DNA from: Octopus vulgaris
Taxonomy: Eukaryota
DNA length: 64,000 bases
NCBI GenBank assembly: GCA_951406725.2
Contig: OX597817.1
Span: 104,408,001 to 104,472,000, forward strand
Direction of reading: 5' to 3'
The translations under genes and the position numbers were made by a program. Positions 24,400 to 37,166 of the stretch are shown in pieces; the first letter of the stretch is position 1, and each line of letters opens with the position of its first letter. A model generated the notes under the pieces. It saw only the letters and a list, made by a program, of their open reading frames with translations. It had not been told where the DNA came from and made no database searches.

Positions 24400-26295
24400 A
24401 AGAACATTTGCGCCTGCAGAATGCAACTAATGCTCAGGTGAAAAAGGTCCTTGAAAAATATGGGAGGACGTTTAGTACATGTCCAGAACCAAGCAGTAGG
24501 GGCCGGGGATATAGAATTATCATTCAAGAACGCGGCCCTCGCTCTGCAATCCTCCGTTGTCCCCTGAGGGAACGATGTCATTATTCTGTATCCCAGCGAA
24601 GGACGGACCGAAGAAACATTCAAAGATATCCCACCAAGGTATGACCAGAGGTGGCTGGTATCATATGTAACCTTAGAGGGACGCAGGAAGAGATCTTTTC
24701 TGGGAGCAATCTGGAGATACTCCTCCATATAAAACCGGAGAATCTGGAAAAGATTCCAGATGTGATCTCTCTGAAAACTGGGAGGGAGCTGCGTCTTTCT
24801 ATCCCCACAATCACAAGAAGACAGGGTAAAAAGAAGGCCCCACTACTACCAACACAACAACAGAAGCAGTACCAATTGTAGCAGCAAAGAAAAAAGGAAG
24901 GAAATATAATAAAATTTATACCATCATCATCAATAGCATCAACAACAACAGAAAAATTGACAATACCCACAATCGCACCAACATCAACGTTAACTCCTTT
25001 CGTAATAGCAATTAATGTGGCGGATAACATTCGGTTCAAATTTTGGCGCAAGACCAGCAATTTCAGGGGAGTTGATCACATCGACTCTAGTGTTCAGCTG
25101 GTGCTGATTTTATTGACCCCGAAAGAATGAACGGTAAGGTCGACCTCGAAGGACTTTGAACTCAGAACGTAAAGACGGACGAAATGTCACTAAGCATTTT
25201 TCCGGGCGTGCAAACGCTTCTGCCAGCCCGCCGCCTTTATGTTAAGGATAATATTGATAATCAACGAATAATCACCATCCAGGGGACATTTCAACCCCAC
25301 TCTCTCTTCCGCTGCACCTGTTTAACACCCACTTGCCAACGTGCAAAATCACAGATGTGATCATAGGAGAAAACATGCCCTACCCTGTTCGAGGTGGACT
25401 CTTCCGCATAACGAAGAAGAGGGGCAAAATAGTATAAAAAGAAAGTCAACACTGACACCCAAACAACACCAAAACTACAACTAATACGTTACAATCACCA
25501 CCAGCTCTACTAACAGCAAGAAAAGATGATACACAAGCAGAACAACACACAAGAAGAAAACCAGAAGACAAACGCACAAGTCGAGACAAACACACCCACA
25601 ACAAGTTACACTCAACTTTGTGTTTGTAAGAAAGGAAAAAAAAATACAATTCTTTTACATAGCAAAAAGAGGAGACATAGAGACAGAAAGAGTTAAAAAA
25701 CAACACAATCGATCTCCCAGAGAATCTGATATTGGCTGGGCTACTAATTAATTATTACAGAGAAATGAGAAAGAGTTTCCACATGACATTGGGAACTCAA
25801 CCGTCACGTCATCGAATAGGCTACTGCAAGGTTTCCCAAAGGAACCCCATACAACAAACGAATTTTCACACATCTGAGTGTGAAAAACCTTTAAGATAAG
25901 TGATCTCCTTTCTTCTTCCTTTCTTTCTGATCAAAATAGCGATATTAAGAGGGGGTAGCTTAGTTACAGGTGACCTGGGGTCACCCTGGAAGCAGGGATG
26001 ACAGCGCAATTATGTCACGTCGCTTGATTCGGATGTGATAGCCCTCAGCGAGACCAGGATTTCCGACACACACACTTTGGCACCCATTTTGTCGAATTTG
26101 AGATCTTTGCGTCTTTCATACTCGTTCCAGAATTGTTCATAAGCCTCATGGTACGGTCGATCTTCCGGGACTCAGAAGGTAAGTTGGTCGTCCTGAACGT
26201 GAACAGCAGCGAATGTGGCGCTTTTAGACTAATCGCTGTGTACGCCCTGACTGAGGCGGGACAACCGGATTTCCTGAGACGTTTGGAGGAATTTT
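24400..26295 (+). mobile_element. Decayed L1/Tx1-like LINE 5' region (ORF1 remnants and start of APE endonuclease)
   Basis: DVIALSETRI..RSIFRDSEGKLVVLNV..FRLIAVYA.T at about 26030-26290 is an L1/Tx1-type endonuclease. Upstream Thr/Lys-rich pieces are probably ORF1. Interrupted by a SINE. Confidence 0.6.
25030..25238 (-). mobile_element. Nin/Deu-domain tRNA SINE, full length
   Basis: Head GGCGGCGGGCTGGCAGAAGCG..TTCTGAGTTCAAAGTCC, core GAGGTCGACCTTACCGTTCATTCTTTCGGGGTCAATAAAAT. Confidence 0.85.
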
Positions 26296-26479
26296 ATTGT
26301 TTGATATTTTATTGTTAATCGTTAGTGTTTTTTACTATTTACACATGCTAATGAGTCTGTTGTGTTGTAGCGTCCTTTTGTTTTGTGGTGGCCTTTGTGG
26401 TCAATAGAGAAAGAATTATAATCATTCAACATTATGCACGAATGTTACATTCAGTACTAATGTCCTTGATACCGAATCA

Positions 26480-27530
26480 CAACCAGTTTCCTTAGATATC
26501 GGGGACCTTGCTTACAATCCTTGTTGTTCCCAACATAGTAGATTCCTGTATTAATGCAACTCGCCTAGTTACACCAATCTCAATAAGGAAACTATGAGGT
26601 CTGTTGGTGACGGTACCTAGGACACATATTACTTGTGGGATTACTTTTGTAGAAATCCTCCACAGTCTGCGCATTACCGTAACCAAATCCAAGCATTTTC
26701 CTATTTTGTCCTGTTCTTTGACAGCTACATTCATATCTGTAGATATAGCCACAACTATGATGATGCACTCTTTTTTACTCTTCTCCAGAAATATAATGCC
26801 AGTTCGCCTTGCTTGATGTTCGTGGTTAGCCTGTACAGTAAAGTCCCAAAAGACCTTAAACTGGTCGTTCTCTACTATACTTTCTAGTTGATGTTGGTGC
26901 CATTTTCTGCCAACTTCAAATCCCTTTTGCTGTAATATGTTCCGGTGGAATACCTTGGCCACATAATCGCGACTATACTCCTTCTGTGCCAAAAGACTAC
27001 AGGAACTTATGTGCATAACGAATTCCTCTTTCTCGTTACATTCTCTACACTTAGCGCTTTACACAGCTTTACCGTAATCTGCACCGTCTGAAAGTTATTT
27101 GAAGAAAATGTTATTAAGAAAGCAACCATTTTTCTGGAAGCATGGTGCAAGCATAGTTGTGTGGTAAGATACCTATTGAGAGCCATTATAAGTTCTTCCG
27201 TTTCTTTCTAATGTTCTCCAGTCTTAAGCCATAACCAAGACTCATCTGCTGCGACATCCTGTGTTTGTCTGCGTTGCAGACCGTGCACTTCTTTTCCCCA
27301 GATTTCTTCTTTTTTTTCTCTCTCCTGTTTGCTTCTTTCCTTGCAGTCTCCGCAGCTTCTTTCTTCTCTCTTCTGGCAGCTGAAATCAGTGTTTCTGCGT
27401 TTCTTCTCACATACTCTTCTGTATTACGTTCTACTATCTCTACACAGTCTTCTATTGATATCAACCCTCTCCCTCCTTCTGTGGTAAGGATAATCTATCA
27501 ACATTATCTCTAAGATATAACAACCTACGC
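26480..27530 (-). mobile_element. Second R4/Dong-clade retrotransposon 3' remnant
   Basis: GGRGLISIEDCVE..., CRECNEKEEFVMHISSCSLLAQKEY (CCHC knuckle), KVFWDFTVQ and KVIPQVICVLG. Confidence 0.85.
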
Positions 27531-28180
27531 ATGACTATTGTCTTACTGGTTTAACAGTCAATGTGTTCTAGTTCTTCCTTAGCCCAGTTCTGGAAAGCAG
27601 CCGAATATCGTATTAGAGACACGTTATTATTATTATTATGATTATTATTATTATTATCATCATCATCATCATCATTACAAAGGGAAATTACTGTGTGATT
27701 GACCGTTATTAAGACAAAAGAGCTATTTGAATGTCCGCTAAGTGAGGGGAGGGAGTAAAAGTAAGGGGGTAAAAAGTTCATAGTATTCGCGTAAGCGCGC
27801 ATGTTCATACCCACACATGCGCCCCCGCACACCCATGTGCATGCGCCTAAAAGTTTACACTCATCCACCTTCACTTGAAACGTACACAACATCACCCGCA
27901 CCATTCGCCAAAGATATATATTTGTATGTATATATATATATACAAACCCACACATCCACACGCGCACCAAAAGTTTCATACACATATCTATATACGCACA
28001 AACACAAGAAAACACAGGGCTAAGGGTAACAATATAGAAAAAGGTTAAACCACGTCTATATACCCGTATGCACGCAGCTACCGAATAATTGTCACATATT
28101 AAATTTACAGATAAATTCCTCTATTTACATAATATCGAGGTACCTTTCATTCTTTTGTTGTCTTACCATTTTTATCAATA

Positions 28181-28199
<19 letters not shown>

Positions 28200-28216
<17 letters not shown>

Positions 28217-28375
28217 TGTACGTCTGTATTTGTTCCCCACATCGTTGCTTGATAACCGATGCTGGTGTGTTTATGTCCCCATAACTTAACGGTTCGGCAA
28301 AAGAGTCCGACACAGAACAAGTTCTAGGCTTACAAAGAATAAGTCCTAGGGTCGATTTGTTCGACTAAATGCGGG
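28200..28375 (+). mobile_element. Partial SINE family 1 tail
   Basis: GCTTGATAACCGATGCTGGTGTG..AGAATAAGTCCTAGGGTCGATTTG, truncated where the foldback element begins. Confidence 0.75.
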
Positions 28376-29053
28376 GATCTTTACCTTTTGACGTATAGAT
28401 TTTAAAAAATAATTTTTTGTAACTAAACACTTTCAAACTTCGGACACTGGTAGAATGTATCATATAAAACATCTTTTACTCGTAGCATTTTTGAGAAAAA
28501 CTTATATTTACGAAGTTATTTCACCTTAAAGTTTTCGTATTTCGGTAATTTCAACCAATCAATGACGTGTATCCAGCTGAATAAAATTACTGCCGTTGTT
28601 TGTCAACAACAACTATCGGTGGTGTATTTTTCGTTTGTCACTGTTATTTATGACATCGTTCGTGCGTTTGTACTGGTTTTAAGGTTTTAGGGTTAGGGTT
28701 TTAGGGTTAGGATTAGGGTTTCAGGGTTAGGGTTAAGGTTTTAGGGTTAGTGTGTTAAGGTTAGGGTTTTAGGGTTGTCATAAATAACAGTGACAAACGA
28801 AATATACCCCGCCGGAAGTTCTTGTTGACAAACAACAGCAGTAATTTTATTCAGCTGAATACACGTCATTGATTGGTTGAAATTACCGAAATACTAGAAC
28901 TTTAAGGAGAAATAACTTCGTAAATATAAGTTTTTATCAAAATGCTAAGAGTAAAACATGTTTTATATGACACATTCTACCAGTGTCCGAAGTTTGAAAG
29001 TATTTAGTTACAAAAAATTATTTTTTAAATCTGTAGCTCAAAAGAGTTGCATC
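28376..29053. mobile_element. Foldback/MITE with about 270-bp inverted arms around a telomeric-repeat core
   Basis: 28386-28655 is the reverse complement of 28776-29044. The spacer carries TTAGGG and TTTTAGGG repeats (about 28680-28776). Confidence 0.9.
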
Positions 29054-30344
29054 GATACACCAAAATTGAAAACAATCTGAGCGAAATTAAAGGGGGCCGA
29101 TTTTGTGAATCTATTTAACCAGATCTTCATACGTCGTCTTTTAGTCTTTGCAACGATAACTATGAAATCTTGCAAAAAGACATTTATCTTTCAAATTTTA
29201 GTATCAGATAATCAATACCGAAGTATGATGTGGGATTCTCCGTCAATCTCATTAATAATCATTCAGTTGTTTCACTAACTGAATTCCTACATGTGAAATT
29301 AATGTATAAGAGATTGGATATTCAAGAAACATGTAAACTATTAAAACAATTCTTAGGACGAGCTAGCGTGACATGATGTGACAAAGCAGAATTTTTGAAT
29401 CTGTCTATCCATCTATCTTCTCTGCCCGCTATTCCTGAGAGGGTCTTGGGAATAGAGTCTTCAGACGCCACATCTATAGGTTCCTATCAAAATCAATCAT
29501 CATTGGGCTGTTCGGCTGGTTTCCCAAGCGTGATCAACTGAGTCAATGGATATATAGCAGCATGCTACAGTCTAGCTAAGAGGATTCGAAACCGAATCCA
29601 CATTTTCATTAATTGTCAAACAAATTTCCGGTCTTTTGTTTTCTCTCTGCACCAAGAGATAAATGAGACTATGTTGGCCTCTTGGACCTTTTCATGGTAT
29701 CCAAGGGTCAAGGTGGATAATTCTAGAGAAATCCTATTGTTCTCAGTTGACCTACTTTAATTAGAAAACATAAAAACACAAGCAATTTAGCTCTCTCTTT
29801 CGGTCATTGGATTGCTGGCCGAGAAACAAATGTCTTGGAGTATCTGTTCCTGGTTCTTCGTGTTCTGACAGTAACACTTGCGACGTAAAGTATGTGAATA
29901 TAGCAAGAATATTGCGCGGAAAAAAGATGGAAAAAGTGTTCAAAAATATATATTATGGGGCGTTATGAGGAAATCTGCATTCTCCCCTTCTGTCCATCTT
30001 TTCCACCCACTACTCATTGAAGGGTCGTGAGGGTTGAGTCCTTAGTCACCTCCTCCACAGGTCCTATCAGAAGCAGCCTTCATTATACTTTCCGGCCGGA
30101 TTCCCTAGCGTGACCTAAATGGGTTTGCTGTTGAGTGCTGCAAGACAGGAATGAGAATAAGTGTTGCAAAGACTGAAACATTAACCCTAAGTTGGGAGGT
30201 AAAAAATATCGTTAACATGTTATGGAGTGCTGGTATTATTTATCAGAAGACCACGCCCAGTTTTGAAATGTCATACAAACTTAATCTTAGCATTTTTGAT
30301 TTATTTTAATTTTTAATTAATCTTAATTTATGGTTGAGATTGAC

Positions 30345-32708
30345 GTTATTACCCGGAAACGATATCGAAACAAAAGTAATGCAACGGGTGTAAAAAAAAT
30401 ATGAAGAAAACGAATATGAAAACAAAATTGCGCGGAAAGCAAGGGCGGGGAGAGGACTTCGGAAAATTCACAAGATCCGAGTTTTTCCCTCATAACATTT
30501 AGGAAAATGGGGTTTTCTTGAAATGAAATTTTATATAAATACCTTTCAAACATCATACATTAAGATTATAACGAAATTTGTAGGTAAAATCTTTTCCGAA
30601 GGGGTGGGGAAGGGACTTCGGAAAATTCACAAGATCCGATTTTTTTCCCTCGTAACTTTAAGGAAAATGAATATTTTTGGGGCGGAAGTCTTTCCCCATT
30701 TTGGCAAGATTTCGGCCCCCCTCCCCACCAAAAAAAACACACCCTTCTTTTTTAATTTTTTTCGACTCAACCCCCACCTTTTTTTTGTTTTGGTTACGGG
30801 GAATACGAATCTGCTGGCAAAAATCGCATTTTTAAATTACCACCCTCACCCACATTTCCTTCATTTTCTTTTTTTTACTTTTTTCTAAAATTTTGTTTTT
30901 TTTCAAAATGTGCGGAAAAATACGGAGATAATGATTCTGAAAAAAATTTCCAAAAATTTTTGTAAAAGTTTTTTAAAGATTTCTTTTTTTTTTTTAATAT
31001 ATGGGAAAATACGGACATTATGATTCGGACAAAAATTTCAAAACATTTCTGTAGTTACGGTTAGGGTTGGGGTTAGGGTTTTAGGGTTAGGGTTGGTGTT
31101 AGAATTAGTGTTGGGGAAACAAGTCAAAATTAAAGACTTTGCGGGGCGGAAAGAGGGCAAAATTTTAACAATGCCGATTTTTGGCAAGTTTTCGGAACCT
31201 CCGTTCCGAAAACGGGGGTTTTTGGCTAAAAAAAAAAATTAGAAAAATAAACAAATTTGGGAGAAAATGGGGGTGCGGGCGGAAGTCTTTCCTATCTTTT
31301 AATGAAATTGTATATATATACCTTTCAAATGGCATGCATAACGGATGCCTAATGTGCCGCAAACTCCTTATTTTTGTTCGGAAAAAAGGGGTGGGAGAAA
31401 CCGGAATTATTGGAAAATGTTTTTTTCTTTTTTCTATAAATGAATTACCGTGACCTAATATGCCACAATCTGCAATCTGGGATTAATATATCCAGTGATT
31501 TTTAAGAGGTATGTAAAAGATATTTTGTTTTAATATTATAATTTTACTTGTTTCACACACACAAACACTAACGTGGTTTTTGTAAGGATTTTGTATCATT
31601 CTTTCTCTCTCCTGTCCAGACTTCGTTACCACTATTTTTTATAATTTCAGCATTTTCACTTATTATTCTTTTCAAACTTGTTCGAATTGTCAGTCTAATG
31701 TAATCCACACTCTAGAAAACGTATTTCTGCAAAATGTTATCTTAAAATATGGGTACAGAAAACTGGCTAATGCAGTTTCGCATCTCACCTTCAAAAAACG
31801 CATTTATTGCCCTTCCCCCACCACCACCACCACCTTTTCCGAACAAAAATAAGGGGCGTACAGCACATTAGTTATCCATAATGCATGTCGTTTGAAAAGT
31901 ATTTATATTCAATTTCATTAAAAGATATCCATTTTCCTTAAAGTTACGAGGGAAAAAATCGGATCTTGTGAATTTTCCGAAGTCCTCTCTCCACTCCTTC
32001 GGAAAAGATTTTACCCACAATTTTTGTTATAATCGTAATGTATGCCGTTTGAAAGATATATAACACTAGCAGTATCGCCCGGCGTTGCTCGGGTTTGTAA
32101 GGGAAATAACTATATAAGCTTTTTTAGAGAGTTACTTCCCTTATAGATGCCAATTCGGGCTTTCTTAGCCATTTCTGTTTTGGTGTCTTCAAGCCATGAA
32201 GTCATTGTTCTAAAAGAACGCTGGTCTCCTTGACAACGCTTTACGAAGTTGATTTCCTTACACTCCCTTCCCCACAGCTTCACGAGGGAGGGAAGAAGGG
32301 GGAGAAGCAAACAGGTGAAAGGTGTGACCATGGACGCCAACTCCGCCACCATCGACACACGAAAAATTATGCATTAAAATGGAATAAAAAATGATGTTAA
32401 ATTATTTTTAAAATCGTAGACTCATCGTAGACGCGCGCTAATACTCAGACGGGCTCGATATGAATCACGACTATAAGATACCCGAATTTGGTTAAACTGC
32501 ACCGCAAAATGTGGGAGTAGTTAGGAATCTAAATCGAAGGGGACAGACACTCACACAACTACAGTTTTATATACATAGATTTCCTTAAACACCCCACCCC
32601 GTTGCTTTCCGCACACTTGTGTTTTCATATTCGTTTTCTACATCTTTTGTTTACACCCGTTGCACTATTTTTTTTTTTATTTTTCGATTTCGTTTCCGGG
32701 TCATAACT
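30345..32708. mobile_element. About 2.4-kb nested foldback element
   Basis: Concentric inverted arms: 30345-30450 with 32590-32708, 30525-30670 with 31930-32060, 31290-31395 with 31820-31930. Telomeric repeats at 31058-31100 and a Helitron inserted in the right arm. Confidence 0.8.
32066..32579 (-). mobile_element. Non-autonomous Helitron
   Basis: Minus strand starts TC, ends CTAG, is inserted between A and T, and has the subterminal hairpin CCCGAGCAACGCCGGG. Confidence 0.9.
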
Positions 32709-32711
32709 CTC

Positions 32712-32925
32712 GTTTACTCTTTTACCTGTTTCAGTCATTTGACTGTGGCCATGCTGGAGCACCGCCTTTACTCGAGCAAATCGACCCCAGGACTTATTCT
32801 TTGTAAGCCTAGTACTTATTCTGTCGGTCTCTTTTTCCGAACCGCTAAGTTACGGGGACGTAAACACACCAATATCGGTTGTCAAGCGATGTTGGGATGA
32901 CAAACACAGACACACAAACATATAC

Positions 32926-32984
<59 letters not shown>

Positions 32985-33452
32985 TATTATATTATATTAA
33001 ATTGGAGATAAAACCACTATTAGGCAAATCAAACAGTGAAAATCATAAGCCAAAATACATAGAAATAAAATTAATTTTAAAAAAAGTATAAAATATAAAA
33101 AATATAAAATTCCAAATTAAAATATTTAAATTAAAGTTAAAATTTAAAAAATTATTTAAATAATTTAAACTTATAAATTTTAAATATATATGTATATATA
33201 TATATATTTATTATTATTGTTTTATTTTATTTTATTTAGTTAATTATTAATTTTTTAATTATATAACTATCAAAAAGTATTAAAAGTTTAATATAAGATA
33301 TATACGACAGGCACCTTTCAATTTCCGTCTACCAAATCCACTCACAAGGCTATAGTAGGAGACACTTACCCAAGGTGCCACGCATAGGGACTGAACCCGG
33401 AACCATGTGGTTGGTAAGCAAGCTACTTACCACACAGTGACTCCTACGCCTG
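32712..33452 (-). mobile_element. SINE family 1 with an AT-rich insertion in its internal (TA)n
   Basis: Tail at 32712-32930 and head at 33305-33452, separated by (TA)n and about 320 bp of very AT-rich sequence. Confidence 0.85.
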
Positions 33453-33690
33453 ATAATGTCAACATTAACATAATTTATTTTTCATCCTTTAAAATATTTT
33501 GTCATTTAAGATTATTAACGAAGTTATTTCACTTTCAACATTTATGCAATCAGCTCAAGATTTATAAAATTACCAACGCATGCATTTTTGTTGTGCTACA
33601 ACACAAACAATAAGAGTTATGTGTCCTTAGGTCAATAAGATATTTGTAAACTTAGATATTGTTTAAGTTCCCTACTTTCTTCAATCATAG

Positions 33691-33742
33691 ACGAGCTCGA
33701 TATGGTCAACCCGATGGACGAATTTTATAAGAACCCGACTAA
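33691..33742 (+). CDS. Probable upstream exon of the EEF1AKMT1-like gene (ELDMVNPMDEFYKNPTK)
   Basis: Acceptor tttcttcaatcatag and consensus donor AA|gtaagta. Phase 2 matches the 42956 exon, and EFY resembles the family N-terminal LQEFY. Confidence 0.55.
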
Positions 33743-34367
33743 GTAAGTATACAATATATAGGTACTTGTCTATTGTAGTACCCAATATATATTTTGTAAT
33801 ATATGATGCATATTCGATTGTAGCTCTTTTAAGAAAGAATTTATATTACAGACATTCTTTTTTGTGACTTTCGTTCTTTCGAGGTCGATAAAAAGCATAG
33901 CCGTTGATAAGTGAAGCCGACCAAAAAAGAAAATTTCTTACTCTGTTAGTAATTAACATTTATAGCTATTCCTTAATATAAGCTTAGATTCGAAGATAAG
34001 TTCATTTAGGCTACTGAATTTATTAAACTGAAACTTCAGAACTTACAATTCATAATGCGAGAGAGAGTGAACCAGGAAGTAAATTGTATTCCGTTGCTTT
34101 ATTTAATAAAATATTGTCTACAATTAGATTTTGTATATAATTAGATTAGTGTATTATATAATTTGGCGATCTGCCTATAATTTTGTACATTCACCATGAC
34201 AAGCTGGTTAAATTACAGTCAAACTAACCAATATTTAGAACGTCTTTACCACCGAGTAAACGAAGGAAGCTTCTACATAGCCGCTCGAAGTGCTAAGAAT
34301 AGCAACCAAACTTCTTTCAAATCACACCTTTTTGATTTTTAAAAAGAAAACATATTGTAGATAAGTA

Positions 34368-34764
34368 GGATCTTTTCGGTTTGACCGGCAGTTTTTAAAA
34401 ATATTTTCCACGTAACTAAACACTTTTAAACTTCGTATGCTGGTAGAATGTATTTATAAAACATCTTTTTCTCTTGGCTTTATTGAGAAAATTCTATAGT
34501 TTGTAAGATATTTGTTGTTTTTTCTTCAATTTCAACCAATCAATGACGTCTATTGAGGTGAAAAACATTCTGTGCCGTATGAATATGTCCCTCGTTTAAG
34601 AAACAGATTGGGTTTATTTACATTTCTGAAGAAAAAAAGATACCCTTCCCCCCTAACCCTAAAACAGAATGAAATGCAATAGATCGATACTAGGGTCATA
34701 ATTATGGGTGACAATTTCATATGACACCGCTAGCAAAAACTGCCGTTCAAACCGAAAATATCCG
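34368..34764. mobile_element. MITE with about 29-bp TIRs, related to the 28.4-kb foldback
   Basis: GGATCTTTTCGGTTTGACCGGCAGTTTTT and AAAAACTGCCGTTCAAACCGAAAATATCC. Shares GTAACTAAACACTTT.AAACTTCG..CTGGTAGAATG and TTCAACCAATCAATGACGT with 28400-28570 and has an internal CCCTAACCCTAA. Confidence 0.8.
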
Positions 34765-35057
34765 ATAAGTGTCTTGCAAGTGGGTTCCAAAGAAACCAAG
34801 GTACATGAAATAAAGCGTTTTGGGGGGAATCAAAACCACGATCTGCTGTCCTGAAGACATCACCCAACCACTAGGCAACGTGCCCTCAATAATTCCTAAT
34901 CACTGGGTGATTAAGGAACCATTTAATAACCTTTAATAATCTTACTCACCCAGTAATTAATGGGTTACTATTGGGTGGCAGGTAAGATATAGGTATAGGT
35001 TCTGCAGCGCTCTTACAGATGTGTGCCTCCCCCTCATACTTTGAGTATATTTTTTGA

Positions 35058-37075
35058 GTAACACCCGCACGATTTTCACTAAGAAAAAAAGAACTCAGAT
35101 TTTTTTGCGTGGAATAAAGTACCATGACCCCCTAATATACTGTAAATCCCTTATTTTTGTTCAGAAATAAGGGGGGATCCCCCTCCCCCTCATCCTTTTC
35201 TGAACCAAAATAAAGGATTTGCAGCATATTAGGAGGTCAAGGTACTTGATTCCATGCAAAAAATCCGATTTTTTTTTTTTTAGTGAAAATTGTGTGAGTG
35301 TTGCTCAAAAAATTTACCATATTTTGTTCCCTTATAACTTTCAGAAAAATGGATATTTTTAAATGAGATTTTCTGCAAATACGCTTCAGGTGGTGTAAAT
35401 TCTGATTATATTGGAATTTGAGATCTAGTTTGTTTGGTTGCCAGCATTTCAAATATTAAAGTTTACCGAAAATTTTAAAATTTGGCACAATTTTAAAAAT
35501 GTGTGGTCATGCACAAAATGACAGCTTCCAAATCCTGTTTCTTGACTGGGTGAAACTTTAAACCTCTATAACTTTTTGAAAACATTTTTCTGGAAAAAGT
35601 GAGATAACTCCAACAATTCAGCTTGAAAAAGTATATTATTGTGCCAAATTTTAAAATTTTCTGTAAACTTTAATTTTTGAAATGCTGGCAGCCAAACCAA
35701 CTTAGATCCCAAATGTAATGAACAATATGTTACAAATTAAATATTATTAAAAAACAAATATTTTATTGACCAGTTCTAAAATTCACATGCTCAACTGTCA
35801 ACAGATAGGTAAAACAAGTAGTTTCAATATATATGTCAACTCGTGCTTTCTCGCAGACAAAAGAGTTCTCATGTTCCACTTGTTACTATGGAAACAGGTA
35901 TGAATGTGTCTGTGGCTTACAATTCGTTAAAATTACCAACATTTTCAAACTTTAATTGCTAATAACTCTTTATTTATTGATTTATAGCAAAAATGATTTT
36001 CACGTCATTCATTAGCCTATAAAAGTATATCATTACACTGAATATGAAATCAATTTGAACAGAATTGATGCTGGCAGCCAAACTGACTAGATCTGGAATT
36101 TGTTGTGAAAAAATATTTCTGTGGGTAGGAAGATGAGTTTCAGGAAATTCTCACAAGTTGGCTTTGTTTCCTCATAACTTTGAGAAAAATGGCTATTTTT
36201 TAATGAAATTTTCTACCAATACTTCTCTCAGAGAGTGTAAATTACAGTTATATCGGAATTTAATGTGAGAAGAAAAATAGTCAGCACGCTCACATACATA
36301 CTTACACACATTACAATTTTTTTCAAAATTCCAAGTTTTATTTTGTAGATTGATGTGACATATGTCATTATATATGTGTATGAGTCTGCCAATTTTTTTT
36401 TTTTTCCATATTAAATTTCAATATAATCATAATCTACACACTCTAGAAGGTATTCATAGAATATTTCAGAAAAAAATTACCCATTTTCTGAAAGTTGTGA
36501 GTAAAGGCATAGGAGTGGCTGTGTAAAGGCGTAGGAGTGGCTGTGTGGTAAGTAGCTTGCTTATGATCCACATGGTTCCGGGTTCAGTCCCACTGCTTGG
36601 CACCTTGGGCAAGTGTCTTCTACTATAGCCTCGGGCCGACCAAAGCCTTGTGAGTGGATTTGGTAGACGGAAGCTAAAAGAAGCCCGTTGTATATGTGTG
36701 TGTGCGTGTGTATTTTTGTGTGTCTGTTATTGTCCCCCCAATGTTGCTTGACAACTGATGCTGGTGTGTTTACGTCCCCGTAACTTAGCGGTTCTGTAAA
36801 AGAGACTGATAGAATAAGTACTAGGCTTACAAAGAATAAGTCCTGGGGTCAATTTGCTCGAATAAAGGCGGTGCTCCAGCATGGCCACAGTCAAATGACT
36901 GAAACAAGTAAAAGAAAGAAAGAAATGCATCTCGTGTTATTTTTCATCCCACCCTTGAAAACATTTTTTCACAACATATTCTGATATAATTGAAATCTAC
37001 ACCATCTGAAGCGTATTTGTAGAAAGTTTTATTTAAAAACATCCATTTTTCTGGAAGTTATGAGGTAACAAATTC
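35058..37075. mobile_element. Block of palindromic and nested inverted-repeat elements
   Basis: Hairpin 35058-35305, and inverted pairs 35320-35420 with 36965-37075, 35420-35490 with 35640-35710, 36165-36265 with 36410-36502. Confidence 0.7.
36503..36922 (+). mobile_element. SINE family 1, full length, with duplicated 5' 22 nt
   Basis: AAAGGCATAGGAGTGGCTGTGT followed by AAAGGCGTAGGAGTGGCTGTGTGG, then a complete body and tail. Confidence 0.9.
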
Positions 37076-37166
37076 GGGATGCACACATGTAAGAATGCCA
37101 GGTTGTACAATAATTTTCAAAACTATTTCCGAGTTTAGGAACGATTTTTCTAGATACTTCTAGACA

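Noticed and set aside
28680-28776. True telomere or chromosome fusion site
   Set aside because: Short, degenerate, single orientation and enclosed by transposon-like inverted arms. Similar tracts occur in other MITEs (31058-31100, 60941-60980).
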